64,000 nucleotides of DNA, taken from Escherichia coli (GTDB lineage Bacteria > Pseudomonadota > Gammaproteobacteria > Enterobacterales > Enterobacteriaceae). A program made the translations under genes and the position numbers. The first letter of the stretch is position 1. The number at the start of each line of letters is the position of its first letter. The stretch lies in assembly GCF_041248615.1 (NCBI RefSeq), contig NZ_CP158426.1. One strand, given 5' to 3'. The notes beneath the pieces were generated by a model. The model saw only the letters and a list, made by a program, of their open reading frames with translations, did not search any database and was not told the DNA's origin. Positions 32,382-45,423 of the stretch are shown here, piece after piece.

Positions 32382-35270
32382 ATGCCCCGCAGCACCTGGT
32401 TCAAAGCATTATTGTTGTTAGTTGCCCTTTGGGCACCCTTAAGTCAGGCAGAAACGGGATGGCAGCCGATTCAGGAAACCATCCGTAAAAGTGATAAAGA
32501 TAACCGCCAGTATCAGGCTATACGTCTGGATAACGGTATGGTGGTCTTGCTGGTTTCTGATCCGCAGGCAGTTAAATCGCTCTCGGCGCTGGTGGTGCCC
32601 GTTGGGTCGCTGGAAGATCCCGAGGCGTACCAGGGGCTGGCACATTACCTTGAACATATGAGTCTGATGGGGTCGAAAAAGTACCCGCAGGCTGACAGTC
32701 TGGCCGAATATCTCAAAATGCACGGCGGTAGTCACAATGCCAGCACTGCGCCGTATCGCACGGCTTTCTATCTGGAAGTTGAGAACGACGCCTTGCCTGG
32801 TGCGGTAGACCGCCTGGCCGATGCTATTGCTGAACCTTTGCTCGACAAGAAATATGCCGAACGTGAGCGTAATGCGGTGAACGCTGAATTAACCATGGCG
32901 CGTACGCGTGACGGGATGCGCATGGCACAGGTCAGCGCAGAAACCATTAACCCGGCACACCCCGGTTCAAAGTTTTCTGGTGGTAACCTCGAAACTTTAA
33001 GCGACAAACCTGGTAATCCGGTGCAGCAGGCGCTGAAAGATTTCCACGAGAAGTACTATTCCGCCAATTTGATGAAGGCGGTTATTTACAGTAATAAACC
33101 GCTGCCGGAGTTGGCAAAAATGGCGGCGGACACCTTTGGTCGCGTGCCGAACAAAGAGAGCAAAAAACCGGAAATCACCGTGCCGGTAGTCACCGACGCG
33201 CAAAAGGGCATTATCATTCATTACGTCCCTGCGCTGCCGCGTAAAGTGTTGCGCGTTGAGTTTCGCATCGATAACAACTCAGCGAAGTTCCGTAGTAAAA
33301 CCGATGAATTGATTACCTATCTGATTGGCAATCGCAGCCCAGGTACACTTTCTGACTGGCTGCAAAAGCAGGGATTAGTTGAGGGCATTAGCGCCAACTC
33401 CGATCCTATCGTCAACGGCAACAGCGGCGTATTAGCGATCTCTGCGTCTTTAACCGATAAAGGCCTGGCTAATCGCGATCAGGTTGTGGCGGCAATTTTT
33501 AGCTATCTCAATCTGTTACGTGAAAAAGGCATTGATAAACAATACTTCGATGAACTGGCGAATGTGCTGGATATCGACTTCCGTTATCCGTCGATCACCC
33601 GTGATATGGATTACGTCGAATGGCTGGCAGATACCATGATTCGCGTTCCTGTTGAGCATACGCTGGATGCAGTCAATATTGCCGATCGGTACGATGCTAA
33701 AGCAGTAAAGGAACGTCTGGCGATGATGACGCCGCAGAATGCGCGTATCTGGTATATCAGCCCGAAAGAGCCGCACAACAAAACGGCTTACTTTGTCGAT
33801 GCGCCGTATCAGGTCGATAAAATCAGCGCACAAACTTTCGCCGACTGGCAGAAAAAAGCCGCCGACATTGCGCTCTCTTTGCCAGAGCTTAACCCTTATA
33901 TTCCTGATGATTTCTCGCTGATTAAGTCAGAGAAGAAATACGACCATCCAGAGCTGATTGTTGATGAGTCGAATCTGCGCGTGGTGTATGCGCCAAGCCG
34001 TTATTTTGCCAGCGAGCCCAAAGCTGATGTCAGCCTGATTTTGCGTAATCCGAAAGCCATGGACAGCGCCCGCAATCAGGTGATGTTTGCGCTCAATGAT
34101 TATCTCGCAGGGCTGGCGCTTGATCAGTTAAGCAACCAGGCGTCGGTTGGTGGCATAAGTTTTTCCACCAACGCTAACAACGGCCTTATGGTTAATGCTA
34201 ATGGTTACACCCAGCGTCTGCCGCAGCTGTTCCAGGCATTGCTCGAGGGGTACTTTAGCTATACCGCTACGGAAGATCAGCTTGAGCAGGCGAAGTCCTG
34301 GTATAACCAGATGATGGATTCCGCAGAAAAGGGTAAAGCGTTTGAGCAGGCGATTATGCCCGCGCAGATGCTCTCGCAAGTGCCGTACTTCTCGCGAGAT
34401 GAACGGCGTAAAATTTTGCCCTCCATTACGTTGAAAGAGGTGCTGGCCTATCGCGACGCCTTAAAATCAGGGGCTCGACCAGAGTTTATGGTTATCGGCA
34501 ACATGACCGAGGCCCAGGCAACAACGCTGGCACGCGATGTGCAAAAACAGTTGGGCGCTGATGGTTCAGAGTGGTGTCGAAACAAAGATGTAGTGGTCGA
34601 TAAAAAACAATCCGTCATCTTTGAAAAAGCCGGTAACAGCACCGACTCCGCACTGGCAGCGGTATTTGTACCGACTGGCTACGATGAATACACCAGCTCA
34701 GCCTATAGCTCTCTGTTGGGGCAGATCGTACAGCCGTGGTTCTACAATCAGTTGCGTACCGAAGAACAATTGGGCTATGCCGTGTTTGCGTTTCCAATGA
34801 GCGTGGGGCGTCAGTGGGGCATGGGCTTCCTTTTGCAAAGCAATGATAAACAGCCTTCATTCTTGTGGGAGCGTTACAAGGCGTTTTTCCCAACCGCAGA
34901 GGCAAAATTGCGAGCGATGAAGCCAGATGAGTTTGCGCAAATCCAGCAGGCGGTAATTACCCAGATGCTGCAGGCACCGCAAACGCTCGGCGAAGAAGCA
35001 TCGAAGTTAAGTAAAGATTTCGATCGCGGCAATATGCGCTTCGATTCGCGTGATAAAATCGTGGCCCAGATAAAACTGCTGACGCCGCAAAAACTTGCTG
35101 ATTTCTTCCATCAGGCGGTGGTCGAGCCGCAAGGCATGGCTATTCTGTCGCAGATTTCCGGCAGCCAGAACGGGAAAGCCGAATATGTACACCCTGAAGG
35201 CTGGAAAGTGTGGGAGAACGTCAGCGCGTTGCAGCAAACAATGCCCCTGATGAGTGAAAAGAATGAGTGA
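32382..35270 (+). CDS. ptrA: Periplasmic zinc metalloprotease pitrilysin (protease III) PtrA
   Basis: 962-aa product with a signal peptide and the inverted zinc-binding motif HYLEH (LAHYLEHMSLMGSKKYP). Confidence 0.95.
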   Translation: MPRSTWFKALLLLVALWAPLSQAETGWQPIQETIRKSDKDNRQYQAIRLDNGMVVLLVSDPQAVKSLSALVVPVGSLEDPEAYQGLAHYLEHMSLMGSKKYPQADSLAEYLKMHGGSHNASTAPYRTAFYLEVENDALPGAVDRLADAIAEPLLDKKYAERERNAVNAELTMARTRDGMRMAQVSAETINPAHPGSKFSGGNLETLSDKPGNPVQQALKDFHEKYYSANLMKAVIYSNKPLPELAKMAADTFGRVPNKESKKPEITVPVVTDAQKGIIIHYVPALPRKVLRVEFRIDNNSAKFRSKTDELITYLIGNRSPGTLSDWLQKQGLVEGISANSDPIVNGNSGVLAISASLTDKGLANRDQVVAAIFSYLNLLREKGIDKQYFDELANVLDIDFRYPSITRDMDYVEWLADTMIRVPVEHTLDAVNIADRYDAKAVKERLAMMTPQNARIWYISPKEPHNKTAYFVDAPYQVDKISAQTFADWQKKAADIALSLPELNPYIPDDFSLIKSEKKYDHPELIVDESNLRVVYAPSRYFASEPKADVSLILRNPKAMDSARNQVMFALNDYLAGLALDQLSNQASVGGISFSTNANNGLMVNANGYTQRLPQLFQALLEGYFSYTATEDQLEQAKSWYNQMMDSAEKGKAFEQAIMPAQMLSQVPYFSRDERRKILPSITLKEVLAYRDALKSGARPEFMVIGNMTEAQATTLARDVQKQLGADGSEWCRNKDVVVDKKQSVIFEKAGNSTDSALAAVFVPTGYDEYTSSAYSSLLGQIVQPWFYNQLRTEEQLGYAVFAFPMSVGRQWGMGFLLQSNDKQPSFLWERYKAFFPTAEAKLRAMKPDEFAQIQQAVITQMLQAPQTLGEEASKLSKDFDRGNMRFDSRDKIVAQIKLLTPQKLADFFHQAVVEPQGMAILSQISGSQNGKAEYVHPEGWKVWENVSALQQTMPLMSEKNE

Positions 35271-38200
35271 TGTCGACGAGACACTAGATCCTTTGCGCTT
35301 GCCCTTACAGGGTGAGCGCCTGATTGAAGCCTCTGCCGGCACAGGCAAAACCTTTACGATTGCGGCGCTCTATTTGCGCCTGTTACTTGGACTAGGCGGT
35401 TCCGCCGCCTTTCCCCGCCCGCTGACCGTTGAAGAACTGCTGGTGGTCACCTTTACCGAGGCTGCCACGGCAGAATTGCGCGGTCGTATCCGTAGCAATA
35501 TCCACGAGTTGCGCATCGCCTGTCTGCGTGAAACCACCGACAATCCACTGTACGAACGCCTGCTGGAAGAGATCGACGATAAAGCGCAAGCCGCGCAGTG
35601 GTTGTTGTTAGCCGAACGGCAGATGGATGAAGCGGCAGTCTTTACTATTCACGGCTTTTGCCAGCGCATGCTCAACCTGAATGCCTTTGAATCCGGCATG
35701 CTGTTTGAGCAGCAGCTGATTGAAGATGAGTCTCTGCTACGCTACCAGGCCTGCGCCGATTTCTGGCGTCGCCACTGCTACCCGCTGCCGCGTGAAATAG
35801 CCCAGGTCGTCTTTGAAACCTGGAAAGGGCCGCAGGCGTTGCTGCGCGATATTAATCGTTATCTGCAAGGCGAAGCGCCGGTTATCAAAGCACCGCCGCC
35901 CGATGATGAAACGCTGGCTTCCCGTCACGCGCAAATTGTGGCGCGTATTGATACGGTAAAACAGCAGTGGCGCGACGCAGTGGGTGAACTGGATGCGCTG
36001 ATCGAATCTTCTGGTATTGATCGACGCAAGTTTAACCGTAGCAATCAGGCTAAATGGATCGACAAGATCAGCGCCTGGGCAGAAGAAGAGACAAACAGTT
36101 ATCAGTTGCCGGAGTCGCTGGAAAAATTCTCCCAGCGTTTCTTAGAAGATCGCACGAAGGCCGGGGGGGAAACCCCGCGACATCCACTGTTTGAGGCGAT
36201 CGATCAACTGCTTGCAGAACCATTGTCGATCCGCGATCTGGTGATCACCCGCGCATTGGCTGAGATCCGCGAAACAGTAGCGCGTGAAAAACGCCGCCGT
36301 GGCGAATTGGGTTTTGATGACATGTTAAGTCGGCTCGATTCCGCGCTGCGTAGCGAAAGCGGTGAGGTGTTGGCAGCGGCGATCCGTACGCGATTCCCGG
36401 TGGCAATGATCGATGAATTTCAGGATACCGACCCCCAGCAGTACCGAATTTTTCGCCGTATCTGGCACCATCAGCCGGAAACCGCATTGTTGCTAATTGG
36501 CGACCCGAAGCAGGCCATATATGCATTCCGGGGTGCGGATATCTTCACTTATATGAAGGCGCGTAGCGAAGTTCACGCCCACTACACTTTAGACACCAAC
36601 TGGCGTTCCGCACCAGGAATGGTGAACAGCGTGAATAAGCTTTTCAGCCAGACTGATGACGCGTTCATGTTTCGCGAAATACCGTTTATTCCAGTGAAAT
36701 CAGCCGGGAAAAATCAGGCGTTACGTTTTGTATTTAAAGGTGAAACACAGCCTGCGATGAAAATGTGGCTGATGGAAGGCGAAAGCTGCGGCGTTGGCGA
36801 TTATCAAAGTACCATGGCGCAGGTATGTGCTGCGCAAATCCGCGACTGGCTACAAGCCGGACAGCGGGGCGAAGCGTTGCTGATGAACGGCGACGACGCG
36901 CGTCCGGTGCGTGCTTCGGACATCAGTGTGCTGGTGCGCAGCCGCCAGGAGGCCGCCCAGGTGCGCGATGCCTTAACGTTGCTGGAAATCCCTTCCGTTT
37001 ACCTTTCGAACCGCGACAGTGTTTTTGAAACTCTGGAAGCGCAGGAAATGCTTTGGTTGTTGCAGGCGGTGATGACGCCCGAACGTGAGAACACCCTGCG
37101 TAGTGCGCTGGCAACGTCAATGATGGGGCTGAACGCGCTGGATATCGAAACGCTGAACAATGACGAACATGCGTGGGATGTGGTAGTCGAAGAGTTCGAT
37201 GGTTATCGGCAAATCTGGCGCAAACGTGGCGTTATGCCGATGCTGCGGGCGCTGATGTCGGCGCGTAACATTGCTGAAAACTTGCTGGCAACGGCAGGCG
37301 GTGAGCGGCGTCTTACCGATATCTTGCATATCAGCGAACTGCTACAAGAAGCCGGAACGCAGCTGGAAAGTGAACATGCGCTGGTACGCTGGTTATCGCA
37401 ACATATCCTCGAGCCAGACAGTAATGCCTCCAGCCAACAAATGCGTCTCGAAAGTGATAAACATCTGGTGCAGATTGTCACGATCCACAAATCGAAAGGG
37501 CTGGAATATCCATTGGTCTGGCTGCCGTTTATCACCAATTTCCGCGTCCAGGAGCAGGCGTTTTATCACGATCGCCACTCGTTTGAGGCAGTTCTGGATC
37601 TTAATGCTGCGCCAGAAAGCGTCGACCTCGCGGAGGCCGAACGTCTGGCGGAAGATCTGCGTTTGCTTTACGTGGCGCTGACACGTTCGGTTTGGCATTG
37701 CAGTCTCGGCGTTGCACCGCTGGTGCGCCGTCGTGGCGATAAAAAAGGTGACACCGACGTCCACCAAAGTGCGCTCGGGCGTTTGCTGCAAAAAGGGGAA
37801 CCGCAAGATGCGGCAGGGCTTCGCACCTGTATTGAAGCGTTATGCGATGATGATATTGCCTGGCAAACGGCACAAACTGGTGATAACCAACCCTGGCAGG
37901 TTAATGATGTTTCTACAGCAGAGCTGAATGCGAAGACGTTACAACGATTGCCCGGCGATAACTGGCGCGTCACCAGCTACTCTGGTTTGCAACAGCGTGG
38001 TCACGGTATCGCCCAGGATTTGATGCCTCGGCTGGATGTCGATGCTGCAGGCGTTGCCAGCGTCGTTGAAGAACCGACGTTAACACCACATCAGTTTCCG
38101 CGCGGTGCGTCACCGGGGACGTTCTTGCACAGTTTGTTTGAAGACCTGGATTTTACCCAGCCGGTTGACCCGAACTGGGTGCGGGAAAAACTGGAACTCG

Positions 38201-38805
38201 GCGGCTTTGAATCGCAGTGGGAACCGGTATTGACCGAGTGGATCACGGCTGTCCTCCAGGCACCTCTCAATGAAACCGGCGTAAGCCTGAGTCAACTTTC
38301 CGCCCGCAATAAACAGGTGGAGATGGAGTTTTATCTGCCGATTAGTGAACCGCTTATCGCCAGTCAGCTTGATACGTTAATCCGCCAGTTTGACCCGCTA
38401 TCCGCAGGCTGCCCGCCGCTGGAGTTCATGCAGGTACGTGGCATGTTAAAAGGCTTTATCGACCTGGTGTTCCGCCACGAAGGGCGTTATTACCTGCTCG
38501 ACTATAAATCCAACTGGTTGGGTGAAGACAGTTCGGCTTACACCCAACAGGCTATGGCAGCGGCAATGCAGGCACACCGCTATGATCTGCAATATCAGCT
38601 TTATACCCTGGCGCTGCATCGTTATCTGCGCCATCGCATTGCTGATTACGACTATGAGCACCACTTTGGCGGCGTTATTTATCTGTTCCTGCGTGGCGTT
38701 GATAAAGAACATCCGCAACAGGGGATTTACACAACCCGACCCAACGCCGGGTTGATTGCCCTGATGGATGAGATGTTTGCCGGTATGACCCTGGAGGAGG
38801 CGTAA
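35263..38805 (+). CDS. recB: Exodeoxyribonuclease V beta subunit RecB (helicase-nuclease)
   Basis: 1180-aa product [40 protein letters not shown]... (Walker A helicase motif), with a C-terminal nuclease domain; start overlaps the ptrA 3' end. Confidence 0.95.
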
Positions 38806-40631
38806 TGAAATTGCAAAAGCAATTACTGGAAGCTGTGGAGCACAAACAGCTACGCCCGCTGGATGTGCAATTTGCCCTGACCGTGGCGGGAGATGAACAT
38901 CCTGCCGTCACCCTCGCGGCGGCACTGTTAAGTCATGATGCCGGAGAGGGACACGTTTGTTTGCCGCTTTCACGACTGGAAAATAACGAGGCGTCGCATC
39001 CGCTGTTGGCGACCTGTGTCAGTGAAATCGGTGAGCTACAAAATTGGGAAGAATGCTTGCTGGCTTCTCAAGCGGTCAGCAGGGGAGATGAACCCACGCC
39101 GATGATCCTCTGTGGCGATCGTCTTTATTTGAATCGCATGTGGTGTAACGAGCGCACAGTGGCACGCTTTTTCAACGAAGTGAATCATGCCATTGAGGTT
39201 GATGAAGCTCTACTGGCGCAAACCCTGGACAAACTTTTTCCAGTAAGCGATGAAATTAACTGGCAAAAAGTTGCGGCGGCAGTGGCGCTGACGCGGCGGA
39301 TCTCGGTGATTTCCGGCGGCCCTGGCACCGGTAAAACGACCACCGTAGCGAAGTTGCTGGCAGCGTTAATTCAAATGGCCGACGGCGAACGCTGCCGTAT
39401 CCGTCTGGCTGCACCAACGGGTAAAGCTGCCGCGCGCTTAACCGAATCTCTCGGCAAGGCTTTGCGACAGTTACCGCTGACCGATGAACAAAAGAAACGC
39501 ATTCCGGAAGATGCCAGCACTTTGCACCGATTGCTGGGCGCGCAGCCGGGTAGCCAGCGTTTACGTCATCATGCCGGTAACCCGCTGCATCTTGATGTGC
39601 TGGTGGTAGATGAAGCGTCAATGATCGATCTGCCTATGATGTCGAGACTGATCGACGCCTTGCCCGATCATGCGCGAGTGATCTTTCTCGGCGATCGTGA
39701 TCAACTGGCCTCGGTTGAGGCTGGGGCTGTGCTGGGCGATATCTGCGCTTATGCCAACGCGGGCTTTACCGCCGAGCGTGCCAGGCAGCTAAGCCGCCTG
39801 ACGGGGACTCACGTTCCGGCAGGAACCGGCACAGAAGCGGCATCTTTGCGCGACAGTCTCTGCCTGCTGCAAAAAAGCTATCGTTTCGGCAGCGATTCTG
39901 GCATTGGTCAGTTAGCTGCGGCGATCAACCGTGGTGATAAAACGGCAGTGAAAACCGTTTTTCAGCAGGATTTTACTGATATCGAAAAACGGCTTTTACA
40001 GAGCGGCGAAGATTATATTGCGATGCTTGAGGAAGCTCTTGCGGGTTACGGACGTTATCTGGATCTGCTGCAAGCGCGTGCCGAGCCGGATTTAATCATT
40101 CAGGCGTTCAATGAGTACCAGCTTTTGTGCGCCCTGCGGGAAGGGCCGTTTGGCGTGGCTGGACTGAATGAGCGAATTGAGCAGTTTATGCAACAGAAGC
40201 GCAAAATTCATCGTCATCCGCACTCTCGTTGGTACGAAGGTCGACCGGTGATGATTGCCCGTAATGACAGCGCGCTTGGGTTGTTTAATGGCGATATCGG
40301 TATTGCGCTGGATCGCGGGCAGGGGACGCGCGTCTGGTTTGCGATGCCGGACGGCAATATTAAGTCTGTGCAACCGAGTCGCTTGCCAGAGCACGAAACT
40401 ACGTGGGCGATGACGGTACATAAATCGCAGGGATCGGAGTTCGACCATGCGGCGTTGATTTTGCCGAGCCAACGCACGCCGGTAGTAACGCGAGAGCTGG
40501 TTTATACCGCGGTGACCCGCGCGCGTCGCCGTCTGTCGCTGTATGCCGATGAGCGCATATTAAGTGCGGCAATCGCCACTCGTACTGAGCGGCGCAGTGG
40601 TCTGGCGGCGTTGTTTAGTTCACGGGAATAA
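38805..40631 (+). CDS. recD: Exodeoxyribonuclease V alpha subunit RecD
   Basis: 608-aa product with Walker A motif ([13 protein letters not shown]); the ATG overlaps the recB TAA (TAATG). Confidence 0.95.
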
Positions 40632-40692
40632 ACGTAATTGCCGGATGCGACGTACGAGTGTTACGCATGTCGCATCCGACGATTTTCATCGC

Positions 40693-42024
40693 TTACCCTA
40701 AATCCGCCATCAACACTTTGGATTTACGCTGGTAGTTGTACAACTGCTTTTTGCTCTCGGGCAGTAAATCAATATCCACTGGGGTAAATCCACGTTCCTG
40801 GAACCAGTGAATACTGCGCGTGGTCAGCACAAACAATTTGCTTAAGCCGCTCTGCTTCGCCTGAGCGGCAATGCGTTCCAGCAGAACTTCACCCCTTGAT
40901 GAACTGCGGTAATCCGGGTGAACTGCCACACAGGCCATTTCCCCAATCTTCTCTTCCGGGAACGGATAGAGCGCGGCGCAGGCAATAGTCGTGTTATCGC
41001 GCTGAATAATGGTGAATTTGTCGATTTCCATCTCCAGCTGCTCGCGAGAACGGCGTACCAGAATACCTTGCTGCTCCAGTGGGCGAATCAACTCCAGAAT
41101 ACCGCCAATATCGTTGATTGTTGCGCGACGAATCTGCTCGGCGCTTTCCATCACAATCTGCGTACCGATACCGTCGCGTGAGAACAACTCTTGCAACAGC
41201 GCGCCATCTTCCTGATAACTGATTAAATGACAGCGACGCACGCCGCTGCGGCAGGCTTTCACTGCGCCACGCAAAAAGCGCACCGTACCGGAGTTGTAAT
41301 CGCCTTTCTCTTCCTGGGCTTCTACCCGCGCTTGCGCTTCGTTAGGGAAAAGTTCGGAGACAATATCACCGTCGTCATTAGTGACGCCCTGGGAAGAGCA
41401 AAAACCAATCATCTTTTCAGCTTTCAGTTTGATGGCCAGTTGAGTGGCAATCTCTTCCGAGGTCAGGTTAAAGCTCTCGCCAGTGACTGAAACAGCGACC
41501 GGCCCCATTAGCACTATTGCACCGCTGTCCAGTTGACGATGGATCGCGTCTTCATCAATCCGCCGGATACGCCCGCTATGGCAGTAATCCACGCCGTCAT
41601 CGACGCCCAGCGGCTGGGCAATAATAAAATTGCCACTGACGACGTTGATATGCGCGCCCTGCAGCGGCGTGTTATTGAGACTCATCGACAGGCGAGCAGT
41701 AATATCCAGTTGCAATGTTCCCGCAGCCTGCTTCACCAGTTCCAGTGTTTTGGCGTCGGTCACACGTATATTCTTGTGATACAGCGGTTCGTGGTGATGC
41801 GCAGCCAGATTTGCGTCGATCTGCGGACGTGCGCCATAGACCACCACCAGACGGATGCCGAGGCTGTGCAACAACCCGATATCATTAACGATACTGGAGA
41901 AATTCTCATGCTCAATGGCTTCACCGCCGAGCATGATGACAAACGTTTTTCCCCGGTGGGTATTGATATAGGGAACCGAATGGCGGAATCCCTCGACCAA
42001 CTCGGTTTTACGTTCCTTTACCAC
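40693..42024 (-). CDS. argA: N-acetylglutamate synthase ArgA
   Basis: 443-aa product (M)[41 protein letters not shown]...; start placed at the GTG that gives the K-12-like product, whereas the ORF track extends 22 codons further upstream. Confidence 0.92.
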   Translation of the reverse strand: MVKERKTELVEGFRHSVPYINTHRGKTFVIMLGGEAIEHENFSSIVNDIGLLHSLGIRLVVVYGARPQIDANLAAHHHEPLYHKNIRVTDAKTLELVKQAAGTLQLDITARLSMSLNNTPLQGAHINVVSGNFIIAQPLGVDDGVDYCHSGRIRRIDEDAIHRQLDSGAIVLMGPVAVSVTGESFNLTSEEIATQLAIKLKAEKMIGFCSSQGVTNDDGDIVSELFPNEAQARVEAQEEKGDYNSGTVRFLRGAVKACRSGVRRCHLISYQEDGALLQELFSRDGIGTQIVMESAEQIRRATINDIGGILELIRPLEQQGILVRRSREQLEMEIDKFTIIQRDNTTIACAALYPFPEEKIGEMACVAVHPDYRSSSRGEVLLERIAAQAKQSGLSKLFVLTTRSIHWFQERGFTPVDIDLLPESKKQLYNYQRKSKVLMADLG

Positions 42025-42255
42025 GGCACACCTCTTTGCATGATTATTCGAAATTAGTGTATTTTTATTCTGTTTTTTCGCAGGGTGCAAGTGTAAATTT
42101 TATGCGAGAGCGACTTTTTTATCAGTAATGCCGTGAATATAAAAAGAATGTTTACCGTTTATTAGATGACAGATTATGCGTCTTTCGCTAAAGTTTCCGG
42201 TCAAATTAGTCGTTTACTTGTTACACAGCTTAGATTTCTTTTGCTCGGGAGAGGC

Positions 42256-43509
42256 ATGTCAGGATCCAACACTGCAATCAGCCGTCGTCGTTTACTGCAA
42301 GGCGCGGGTGCCATGTGGCTATTGAGCGTAAGTCAGGTCAGTCTGGCTGCGGTCAGCCAGGTCGTGGCGGTGCGCGTCTGGCCTGCGTCCAGCTACACCC
42401 GCGTGACGGTGGAATCAAATCGTCAGCTGAAATATAAGCAGTTCGCGTTGAGTAACCCTGAACGCGTGGTGGTGGATATCGAAGATGTAAACCTGAACTC
42501 GGTACTCAAGGGGATGGCGGCACAAATTCGTGCAGACGACCCGTTCATCAAGTCGGCGCGCGTCGGGCAATTTGACCCGCAAACCGTACGGATGGTTTTT
42601 GAATTAAAGCAAAACGTAAAACCGCAGCTGTTTGCCCTTGCGCCGGTCGCCGGGTTTAAAGAGCGTCTGGTGATGGACCTCTATCCGGCCAATGCACAGG
42701 ATATGCAGGACCCGCTGCTGGCGCTGCTGGAGGATTACAACAAAGGCGACCTCGAAAAGCAGGTGCCGCCAGCGCAAAGTGGTCCACAACCGGGTAAAGC
42801 AGGGCGCGATCGTCCGATTGTCATTATGCTTGACCCTGGCCACGGTGGCGAAGACTCCGGTGCGGTGGGGAAATACAAAACGCGCGAAAAAGATGTGGTA
42901 TTGCAAATAGCTCGCCGTTTGCGCTCTCTGATCGAGAAAGAGGGCAATATGAAGGTGTACATGACGCGCAATGAAGACATCTTCATTCCATTGCAAGTGC
43001 GCGTAGCAAAAGCCCAGAAACAGCGTGCTGACCTGTTTGTCTCTATCCATGCCGACGCCTTTACCAGTCGTCAGCCGAGCGGTTCCTCTGTGTTTGCGCT
43101 CTCAACCAAAGGTGCAACCAGTACTGCGGCAAAATATCTGGCACAAACCCAGAACGCCTCGGACTTGATTGGTGGCGTGAGCAAAAGCGGTGACCGCTAT
43201 GTCGACCACACCATGTTCGATATGGTACAGTCGCTGACCATTGCCGACAGCCTGAAGTTTGGTAAAGCGGTACTGAATAAGCTCGGTAAAATCAACAAGC
43301 TGCATAAAAATCAAGTTGAACAGGCCGGGTTTGCCGTACTAAAGGCACCAGATATTCCCTCCATTCTGGTCGAAACGGCGTTTATCAGTAACGTTGAGGA
43401 AGAGCGTAAACTGAAAACGGCGACTTTCCAGCAGGAAGTTGCGGAGTCTATTCTTGCGGGGATTAAAGCGTATTTTGCCGATGGGGCGACGCTGGCGAGA
43501 AGGGGATGA
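42256..43509 (+). CDS. amiC: N-acetylmuramoyl-L-alanine amidase AmiC (Tat-exported)
   Basis: 417-aa product [25 protein letters not shown]... with a twin-arginine signal, AMIN domain and amidase_3 domain. Confidence 0.92.
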
Positions 43510-43510
43510 T

Positions 43511-43537
43511 AAAAAGGCGCTGAATGGCGCTTTTTTA
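43511..43537 (+). terminator. Putative terminator hairpin after amiC
   Basis: AAAAAGGCGC-tgaatg-GCGCTTTTTT immediately after the amiC stop. Confidence 0.55.
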
Positions 43538-43582
43538 TGGGAGGCCAGAAACAAAAAAACACCCGTTAGGGTGTTCAATAAT

Positions 43583-43659
<77 letters not shown>

Positions 43660-43692
43660 TCACCGTACTGCTTTTACTTCATCAAATTTGAT

Positions 43693-43769
<77 letters not shown>

Positions 43770-43802
43770 TCACCGTACTGCTTTACTTCATCAAATTTTA
43801 AT

Positions 43803-43879
<77 letters not shown>

Positions 43880-44087
43880 TCCGTGGATGCGCACTATACT
43901 CCGCTCGCGTTTTCATGCAACCTTTTTTTTACCCCGATCACGGATTTGGCATGATTTTGAACAAAAACAAATCACTAAAGCCTATTTTTTGTGCAAAATT
44001 TGCGTCAGGGAGAGGCTGCTCATTTCATTAAACGCGGCGGTTTGTTATCTTCGTTGCGCCTTATTTTTTAACCTGAAGAAGAGAACA

Positions 44088-45185
44088 ATGAAAGGACGTT
44101 GGGTAAAGTACCTTCTTATGGGCACGGTTGTGGCAATGCTTGCCGCCTGCTCTTCCAAACCAACCGATCGCGGACAGCAATATAAAGACGGGAAATTTAC
44201 CCAGCCTTTCTCTCTGGTGAACCAGCCAGATGCCGTTGGCGCGCCGATTAACGCCGGTGATTTTGCCGAGCAAATTAACCATATCCGTAATTCGTCACCG
44301 CGTCTGTATGGCAACCAGAGTAATGTTTATAACGCGGTGCAAGAGTGGCTGCGCGCAGGCGGTGATACCCGCAATATGCGCCAGTTCGGCATTGATGCCT
44401 GGCAGATGGAAGGTGCCGACAACTATGGTAACGTGCAGTTTACCGGTTATTACACGCCGGTAATTCAGGCGCGCCATACCCGCCAGGGCGAGTTCCAGTA
44501 TCCTATTTACCGTATGCCGCCAAAACGTGGTCGTCTGCCGTCTCGTGCGGAGATCTACGCGGGGGCATTGAGTGATAAATATATTCTCGCTTACAGTAAC
44601 TCCCTGATGGATAACTTCATTATGGATGTGCAGGGTAGTGGGTATATCGACTTTGGTGATGGCAGTCCGCTTAACTTTTTCAGCTATGCAGGGAAAAACG
44701 GTCATGCCTATCGCAGCATTGGTAAGGTGCTGATCGACCGTGGCGAAGTGAAAAAAGAAGATATGTCGATGCAGGCGATTCGTCACTGGGGCGAAACACA
44801 CAGTGAAGCCGAGGTTCGCGAGCTGCTGGAACAGAACCCGTCTTTCGTCTTCTTTAAACCGCAATCTTTTGCTCCGGTGAAAGGGGCAAGTGCGGTGCCG
44901 CTGGTTGGTCGCGCGTCAGTTGCCTCTGATCGTTCCATTATTCCGCCAGGTACTACCTTGCTGGCAGAAGTGCCGTTGCTGGATAATAACGGCAAATTTA
45001 ATGGTCAGTACGAACTGCGTCTGATGGTGGCGCTGGATGTCGGTGGTGCAATCAAAGGCCAACACTTCGATATCTATCAAGGGATCGGGCCGGAAGCCGG
45101 ACACCGCGCAGGTTGGTACAACCACTATGGACGTGTCTGGGTGCTGAAAACCGCCCCGGGCGCAGGTAACGTCTTTAGCGGCTGA
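44088..45185 (+). CDS. mltA: Membrane-bound lytic murein transglycosylase A MltA
   Basis: 365-aa lipoprotein MKGRWVKYLLMGTVVAMLAACSSKPTDRGQQYKDGKF...; the ORF track's 459-aa frame is a spurious upstream extension through the tRNA genes. Confidence 0.92.
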   Translation: MKGRWVKYLLMGTVVAMLAACSSKPTDRGQQYKDGKFTQPFSLVNQPDAVGAPINAGDFAEQINHIRNSSPRLYGNQSNVYNAVQEWLRAGGDTRNMRQFGIDAWQMEGADNYGNVQFTGYYTPVIQARHTRQGEFQYPIYRMPPKRGRLPSRAEIYAGALSDKYILAYSNSLMDNFIMDVQGSGYIDFGDGSPLNFFSYAGKNGHAYRSIGKVLIDRGEVKKEDMSMQAIRHWGETHSEAEVRELLEQNPSFVFFKPQSFAPVKGASAVPLVGRASVASDRSIIPPGTTLLAEVPLLDNNGKFNGQYELRLMVALDVGGAIKGQHFDIYQGIGPEAGHRAGWYNHYGRVWVLKTAPGAGNVFSG

Positions 45186-45273
45186 TGTGATATTCTGTAT
45201 GCCGTTTTTACGGATATGACAGGGTGAGGGGTAACCTCACATCCTGATTATTGACTAAGTGCGCGTTGTTCAT

Positions 45274-45371
45274 GCCGGATGCGGCGTGAACGCCTTATCC
45301 GGCCTACAAATCATGCAAATCCAAAATATTGCAGGAGTTATGTAGGCCTGATAAGCGTAGCGCATCAGGCA
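45274..45371. repeat. REP/BIME palindromic elements in the mltA-tcdA intergenic region
   Basis: GCCGGATGCGGCGTGAACGCCTTATCCGGCCTAC and TGTAGGCCTGATAAGCGTAGCGCATCAGGCA in inverted arrangement (typical REP units). Confidence 0.8.
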
Positions 45372-45423
45372 TTTATGCGTTTAGGGTGAGGGATAACCTC
45401 GCCCTTTTTAATTCTGAGGTGCT

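Noticed and set aside
35254..35262. Three-codon N-terminal extension of recB (MKR...) suggested by the ORF track
   Set aside because: The conventional RecB start (MSDV...) is the ATG at 35263; the upstream ATG lies within the ptrA coding region.
44295..44864. 189-aa antisense ORF inside mltA
   Set aside because: Fully nested antisense to mltA; no RBS or promoter evidence.
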